64,000 nt of DNA from Candidatus Eiseniibacteriota bacterium (GTDB lineage: Bacteria; Eisenbacteria; RBG-16-71-46): assembly GCA_044223005.1 (NCBI GenBank), contig JBGAML010000005.1:64001-128000 (forward strand), written 5' to 3'. The position numbers and the translations under genes are program-made. The first letter of the stretch is position 1, and each line of letters starts with the position of its first letter. This document shows, piece after piece, positions 59,301 through 64,000 of this stretch. Under the pieces are notes generated by a model. It did no database searches. It saw only the letters and a list, made by a program, of their open reading frames with translations, and was not told where the DNA came from.

Positions 59301-61097
59301 ACCGCCACACCGGTCTTTGGCGGCTTGCAGGCGTTCCAACATTCCGCGCGGGTTGTGTTGGGCGCCGGAAAACTCGTCGGTGTCCACGGTGACTCCGTGT
59401 CCCAAGTGGTCGTCAGCAGCAAGGGGGCATGGTTGATCGGCAGCCGCGCTTGTGTCGCGTCGTTCTGCGCTCCCCTGGGCAGTACGTGCGCGTTCGGGAC
59501 GTCGGCGGTGCTCGCGAGGTCTTACCAGAGCACGACGTTCGACGCCCTTGCGATCGGCGATCCCGGTGCGAACAACGGAGCGGGTGCCGTATACGTCTAT
59601 TTCGGCGCACCACTGCCCGACAGCACGCCAGCACTCGTGCTGCATGGGGAGAACCCCGGGGACCTGTTCGGCGCATCGCTCGCGAATGTCGGCGACATGA
59701 ATGGGGACGGGTTCCATGAACTCCTCGTCGGAGCACCCGGGCGACAGTCGGGAACCGGCGCGGCGTTCGTGTACCTTGGCGGCACCGCGCCGCCGATCAG
59801 TTCCAGTTCACGCACGACCGGTTCTGGTGCCGGTGAACTCTTCGGCGCTTCAGTTGTGGCCGTGGGCGATCTCGATGCGGACGGAAAGGCCGATTTCGCG
59901 GTAGGTGCTCCCGGCTCTGCGGAGGGCCGCGGAAAGGTGGTCGTGGTTCTCGCGACGGGGCAGCAGTTGCAGGTCCTGCAAGACCCGGTCGCGAATGCTA
60001 CCTACGGCGAGCGTGCGCGCTTCGGCGCCACCCTCGCATCGGGCGGCGATTGGACTGGTGATGGCCACGCCGACCTGCTCGTGGGCGCACCTGGCGCGGG
60101 CAAGGGCAGGGGGGCGGCCTACTTGTTCGCGGGCGCTCCGAGCTCGTTCGCAGCTTCGCCGATCGCGATCACAGGCACCGAGGTCGGCGATCGATTCGGC
60201 TCTTCGCTGGTCCTGGGCAACCTTCGCGATCCGAGCTTGATCGAGGCCGCGATCGGCAGCCCGGGGGCCGATGAAGGACATGGTGTCGTGGAGGTATTCC
60301 ACGGAGGCGCCGGCGCCGACCTGCTTCCCGACCTGCGTCTCGAGGGTCTCGCACCTGACGATCAGTTCGGCGCAAGCATCGGGATCGCCTCGATCTACCC
60401 CCGCGCGATTGCCCAACAGCTCCTTCTTGGTGCGCCCATGGCCGATGGCGCTGCGCCCTCGGCAGGCGCCGCGTGGTTCATCGCTCTGCCGCCTGCCACG
60501 GCGGTGGAGAACAGTACGGTGGCGATCGAATCCGATGGCCTGCCATTGCTGCAAGGTCAGTTCACGACGACGGAGCCCACACTCGTACTGCGACTCGTCG
60601 GAGCGAAGGGTCTCGACGTTCACGCGGCCGACATCGCACTGGATGGCGCGGCTGTGCCACAGGCCACGCTGATTCCACGAGCAGATGGTGCCCTCACGGC
60701 GCATCTCGCCGGACTCGTTGAAGGCCCGCACGTGCTCACCGCTCGTCTCGTCGACCAGGGAGGAGCGCTAGCCGGTTCGGCCCAAATACAATTCATGGCC
60801 GCCAAGAGATTGCGAGTCGAGGGCGTACGCGTCACGCCGAATCCGACAAGGGGCTCGGCGCGACTCGAGTTCGTGTTGACACGTCCGGCTCGGTACGAGC
60901 TCGCTCTTTACGACATCGCAGGGCGTCGCACCAGCTCCGTCGAACGCGCCGTGAGTGTCCCCGGTGTCAACTCGATCCGGTTCGGTGATGCTCGCCCCGG
61001 GGGCTCCACGCCGCCGGGCATCTACTTCTACGTGCTGTCGGCCCAGTACCTCGGCCAGCGGACCGAGGCGCGTGGCCGCGTGGTGGTCCTGCCATGA
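59229..61097 (+). CDS. Secreted FG-GAP/integrin-alpha-like propeller protein with Ig-like and CTD-like domains
   Basis: FGAS..GD.NGDG..ELLVGAP..GAA repeats; TPNP..LYDIAGRR..PGIYFY..GRVVVLP. Confidence 0.88.
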   Translation: MRRMSLTLRIAFAAAVTVTAAHAQTATPVFGGLQAFQHSARVVLGAGKLVGVHGDSVSQVVVSSKGAWLIGSRACVASFCAPLGSTCAFGTSAVLARSYQSTTFDALAIGDPGANNGAGAVYVYFGAPLPDSTPALVLHGENPGDLFGASLANVGDMNGDGFHELLVGAPGRQSGTGAAFVYLGGTAPPISSSSRTTGSGAGELFGASVVAVGDLDADGKADFAVGAPGSAEGRGKVVVVLATGQQLQVLQDPVANATYGERARFGATLASGGDWTGDGHADLLVGAPGAGKGRGAAYLFAGAPSSFAASPIAITGTEVGDRFGSSLVLGNLRDPSLIEAAIGSPGADEGHGVVEVFHGGAGADLLPDLRLEGLAPDDQFGASIGIASIYPRAIAQQLLLGAPMADGAAPSAGAAWFIALPPATAVENSTVAIESDGLPLLQGQFTTTEPTLVLRLVGAKGLDVHAADIALDGAAVPQATLIPRADGALTAHLAGLVEGPHVLTARLVDQGGALAGSAQIQFMAAKRLRVEGVRVTPNPTRGSARLEFVLTRPARYELALYDIAGRRTSSVERAVSVPGVNSIRFGDARPGGSTPPGIYFYVLSAQYLGQRTEARGRVVVLP

Positions 61098-61117
61098 GCG
61101 GGCCGCGAGGTGATTCC

Positions 61118-61711
61118 ATGACGAAGCGCATGCAGGTGCTCGCAACGATCGTGGTGGGGCTCGCACTGGCGATGGTGTCGGTCTGCGCCGCGGCCGGCGC
61201 CTCGGCGCCGGACCGCGCCCCGGTGGGCAAGCCGACCAGCGCATCGGTGCCGTGGACTGCTGAGCAAGCCACACGCCTTCATGCTTTCACGATTCGGGCA
61301 CTCCGCCGCGACACGACTCTGACTCCCGCCATGCGCGATGAATTCCGCTCGCTCGCGTCCCAGGCTTCCGCCGCGCCCGGCGTCGGGATCCAGGGCCTGC
61401 GAGACCGTCTGATCGGACAGAGCGTCATGCATCCGCTGGCGATCTACCGCGACGCGCTCGTCGCATTCGACGCTGGTTCCGTGAACGGTGCCAACGCACG
61501 TCGCGCGTGTGAGGCCCGGCTCGCCGCGATCGGACATCTATCGCCGGCGGCCGTGCGCGCCGGCGACCGCGTGGTCGCTTCGGCTGCGTCACGCGACTCG
61601 ATTTCCGCCGGCAGCAGCTCCCAGGCTCTCTCACGAACGATCCTGCAGGGCTTGATCGGCAACCTCGAAGCGGCTCAGGCCCGTTTCGACGCCCTCCTGA
61701 GCCGCCCATGA
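61118..61711 (+). CDS. Hypothetical exported helical protein
   Basis: GAGGTG SD; signal-peptide-like N-terminus; no family recognised. Confidence 0.55.
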   Translation: MTKRMQVLATIVVGLALAMVSVCAAAGASAPDRAPVGKPTSASVPWTAEQATRLHAFTIRALRRDTTLTPAMRDEFRSLASQASAAPGVGIQGLRDRLIGQSVMHPLAIYRDALVAFDAGSVNGANARRACEARLAAIGHLSPAAVRAGDRVVASAASRDSISAGSSSQALSRTILQGLIGNLEAAQARFDALLSRP

Positions 61712-61779
61712 CGCGCCGACACGAATTTCCGGCTGCTCACACTATCGCTCCTTTTGCAAGTTCTCCGGGAGGTTTCCCC

Positions 61780-64000
61780 GTGAGCCGCACACCACAGGCC
61801 ACACTCACGCGCCTCGGATGGCTCCTGACCGCCGTGAGCCTCGTTCTCATTCCGGTGCTCGTACCCGGCACCGTTCAAGCCTCGTCGCGGACATGGCTGT
61901 TCACAAACACCACAAGTGGATGGACGGGCTCGACTGGCACCACGGTCACCAGCGACGGGGGCAGCAACCTGCACGTGGTCTTCGCCACAGGTGGCGGCCT
62001 ATACAGCCAGAACTTCGCAGGCTCGCCCTTCTACGGATACCACGACGACTACATCCGGTTCGGGTACCGCTTCACCGATGGAGCCATCTCGACGCTTCAG
62101 TTCGACTTCCAGACCACGACTCGTCCAGATTGGACGTCGCCTGACTACATGATGACCGGGCTGCTCCACGACGGCCAATGGCATTGGGCGACGTTCAACG
62201 TCGGCTCCATCTCCGGCTGGGCCGGGAACTTCGTCTCGCAGCTTCGCTTCATCGCTCGCGGCAGCGGTGGAGGTGGCGCCAGTGGCGTCATGGACATCGA
62301 CTTCATGGCGATGCGCCTGGATGACAAGACAACCAACACCGTTGTCCTCGGGGCGGCGTCCCCAGCCGGATGGACAAATGGTGACATCAGCATCCCTGTC
62401 TGGGGGTATGACCCACCCCCGAACGGCTTCAGCGGTACCACGCCCCCGGACCGGTATGGCTCGGGCATCGATCATTTCAATTGGTGGCTGGATGGAGGCG
62501 GAGGCAGCAGCGGGACCATTCCGAACACGACTGCGCTGGGAATGGACGCGGAGTATAACAACGATGGAGTCGACACTCCGATCCTAACTTTGACGAAGGG
62601 TGCCATTCCGCCTGGGACCCACTCCGTTTACGTCAACGCCGCGGACCGGTGCCAGCACGGTCCAGGGCCGGTCGGAGGTGTGATTGTTCACTACGACCCC
62701 AACGCGCCCAATCAGCCTGTCGTGTACGGCACCTCCGCCTGGACGAACGACGTCAGCTTCTACGTCTACTGGAACGACCCGGGAGACGACCTGTCCGGCG
62801 TGGTTGGCTACGACTGGATGCTCGACGGTGCCTACCAGGGGCCTGCCCCCGGGAACTGGGCTGGGTTCGACGCTTCCTACAGCGGCGACCACTGGGTGCA
62901 AGTGCGTGCCTGGGATGCGGCGGGCAACGCGAGCGCATGGAGCGCACAGTTTTGGATGCACTACGACGCGGTGCCACCGAGCAGTTCCCCAGTGACCGTT
63001 TTCCCGGCAGGGTATTCGACCACCCGGACATTTAGCTTCAACTGGGGGACTGGCAGCGACGCGCATTCCGGAGTCTGTGGCTGGTACTATGCCATTGATG
63101 AGGGACCGGCCACCTTCATCGGTACGCCATCCCTCTCGGGCAGCTTTGACGTCGCCGAAGGCAGCCACACCTTCTGGGTCTGCGCCGTCGACTGCGCCGG
63201 GAATCTCGGCAACTGGCAAGACGTGCCGTTCCACTACTATCCCAACTATATCCAGCCGGTGACGGGCTTGTCTCCGGCGACCAGCCAGGTCGCACTGCCG
63301 CAGACGTTCTCCTGGGCGGCCACGACGACTCGGGGGAGGCCATACGTGGTCCAGGTTGCCGCCGACTCCGACTTCACGACCGGCGTCACCCAGTTCGCGA
63401 GCGACGTGAACTACCGCTTCATCCCCGCGGCATCGGCACCTGTCAACGGCCAGACCTACTACTGGCGAGTCGCCTGCGAGGCATCGGCTCCGCTCAACTG
63501 GAGCGCGTCGACCCCCATCGTGCCATACGTGCCACCGCCGCCGCCTGCGAACATGGTGATCGGACAGGAATTCCCCTCTGGGCAGGCCGGCGAAGGCGTG
63601 AACACGTCGCTGGGTGCTGTGACGCGCAGCCTTCCGATTCTCACCATGCGCGGTCCCGGCGGGGACTTGCCACTCACGGCGTGGTACTCATCGCAGGCGC
63701 AGCGCAACAGCCTGCTGGGTTCACGATGGAATTGGACCCTCGGCTCCCTCGTGACTCCGTTGGAGACGAGTGCCTCCGTGACGCTCGAGGACAATCAGGA
63801 CCTTTCGTTCACTCGGAGCGACAGCGCATTTGCGGCGGGACTCGGTGTGTACGACTCCCTCTCGGGCGATGGAGTCAACGGTTACACTTTCCTGCGCACT
63901 TCTCGTGAACGCCTTACGTTCGACGGGACCGGGTTGCTTCAGGCGATCGCAGATCGCAGCGGCAACGCCGTCACCCTTCACTACGTGGGCGGCGTCTTGC
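61780..64000 (+). CDS. RHS/YD-repeat protein, 5' part (signal peptide, Ig/FN3-like domains, DUF6531-like domain); not in ORF track
   Basis: My translation from GTG 61780 (GGGAGG SD) is open to the window end: VRAWDAAGN, AVDCAGN, YYWRV, then GEGVNTSLG..GPGGDLPLTAWYSS..LGSRWNW..FDGTGLLQAIADRSGNAVTLHY. Confidence 0.85.
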   Translation, partial: MSRTPQATLTRLGWLLTAVSLVLIPVLVPGTVQASSRTWLFTNTTSGWTGSTGTTVTSDGGSNLHVVFATGGGLYSQNFAGSPFYGYHDDYIRFGYRFTDGAISTLQFDFQTTTRPDWTSPDYMMTGLLHDGQWHWATFNVGSISGWAGNFVSQLRFIARGSGGGGASGVMDIDFMAMRLDDKTTNTVVLGAASPAGWTNGDISIPVWGYDPPPNGFSGTTPPDRYGSGIDHFNWWLDGGGGSSGTIPNTTALGMDAEYNNDGVDTPILTLTKGAIPPGTHSVYVNAADRCQHGPGPVGGVIVHYDPNAPNQPVVYGTSAWTNDVSFYVYWNDPGDDLSGVVGYDWMLDGAYQGPAPGNWAGFDASYSGDHWVQVRAWDAAGNASAWSAQFWMHYDAVPPSSSPVTVFPAGYSTTRTFSFNWGTGSDAHSGVCGWYYAIDEGPATFIGTPSLSGSFDVAEGSHTFWVCAVDCAGNLGNWQDVPFHYYPNYIQPVTGLSPATSQVALPQTFSWAATTTRGRPYVVQVAADSDFTTGVTQFASDVNYRFIPAASAPVNGQTYYWRVACEASAPLNWSASTPIVPYVPPPPPANMVIGQEFPSGQAGEGVNTSLGAVTRSLPILTMRGPGGDLPLTAWYSSQAQRNSLLGSRWNWTLGSLVTPLETSASVTLEDNQDLSFTRSDSAFAAGLGVYDSLSGDGVNGYTFLRTSRERLTFDGTGLLQAIADRSGNAVTLHYVGGVL

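Overview
This is very GC-rich bacterial DNA with about 55 genes. I recognised no rRNA, tRNA, CRISPR array, transposase or integrase. The gene content suggests a diderm FCB-related lineage such as Ca. Eisenbacteria (inference only). Housekeeping and accessory genes include hldD, a deoxyhypusine-synthase-like gene, engB-cidA/lrgB, cysK, a DEAD-box helicase, an arsR-arsC-acr3-arsP operon, a NosP(FIST)/hybrid kinase pair, a MacAB-like exporter lacking its ATPase, two ArsR/SRPBCC operons, two aldo-keto reductases and a Ser/Thr kinase-TPR protein. The window is rich in secreted proteins, which fall into two C-terminal classes. Six end in a FlgD-Ig/T9SS-CTD-like domain. Three unrelated proteins end in the short tail TWG[QR]LKx[LV]YR-stop, the best candidate here for an uncharacterised protein-sorting signal. 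Two of these tail genes, 47 kb apart, share a 25-bp palindromic operator-like site, and one copy also lies upstream of a GH16 glucanase. Further signals: a 232-bp promoter/leader/signal-peptide cassette duplicated in front of two unrelated genes; two gene-fusion scars (ECF sigma start joined to a CTD end; a CTD gene overwriting a yciI 5' end); a +1 frame break at the helicase start; and a less GC3-biased segment at the right end with a signal-peptide-bearing RHS protein that the ORF track missed. All family calls come from reading motifs by eye; no database search was run.
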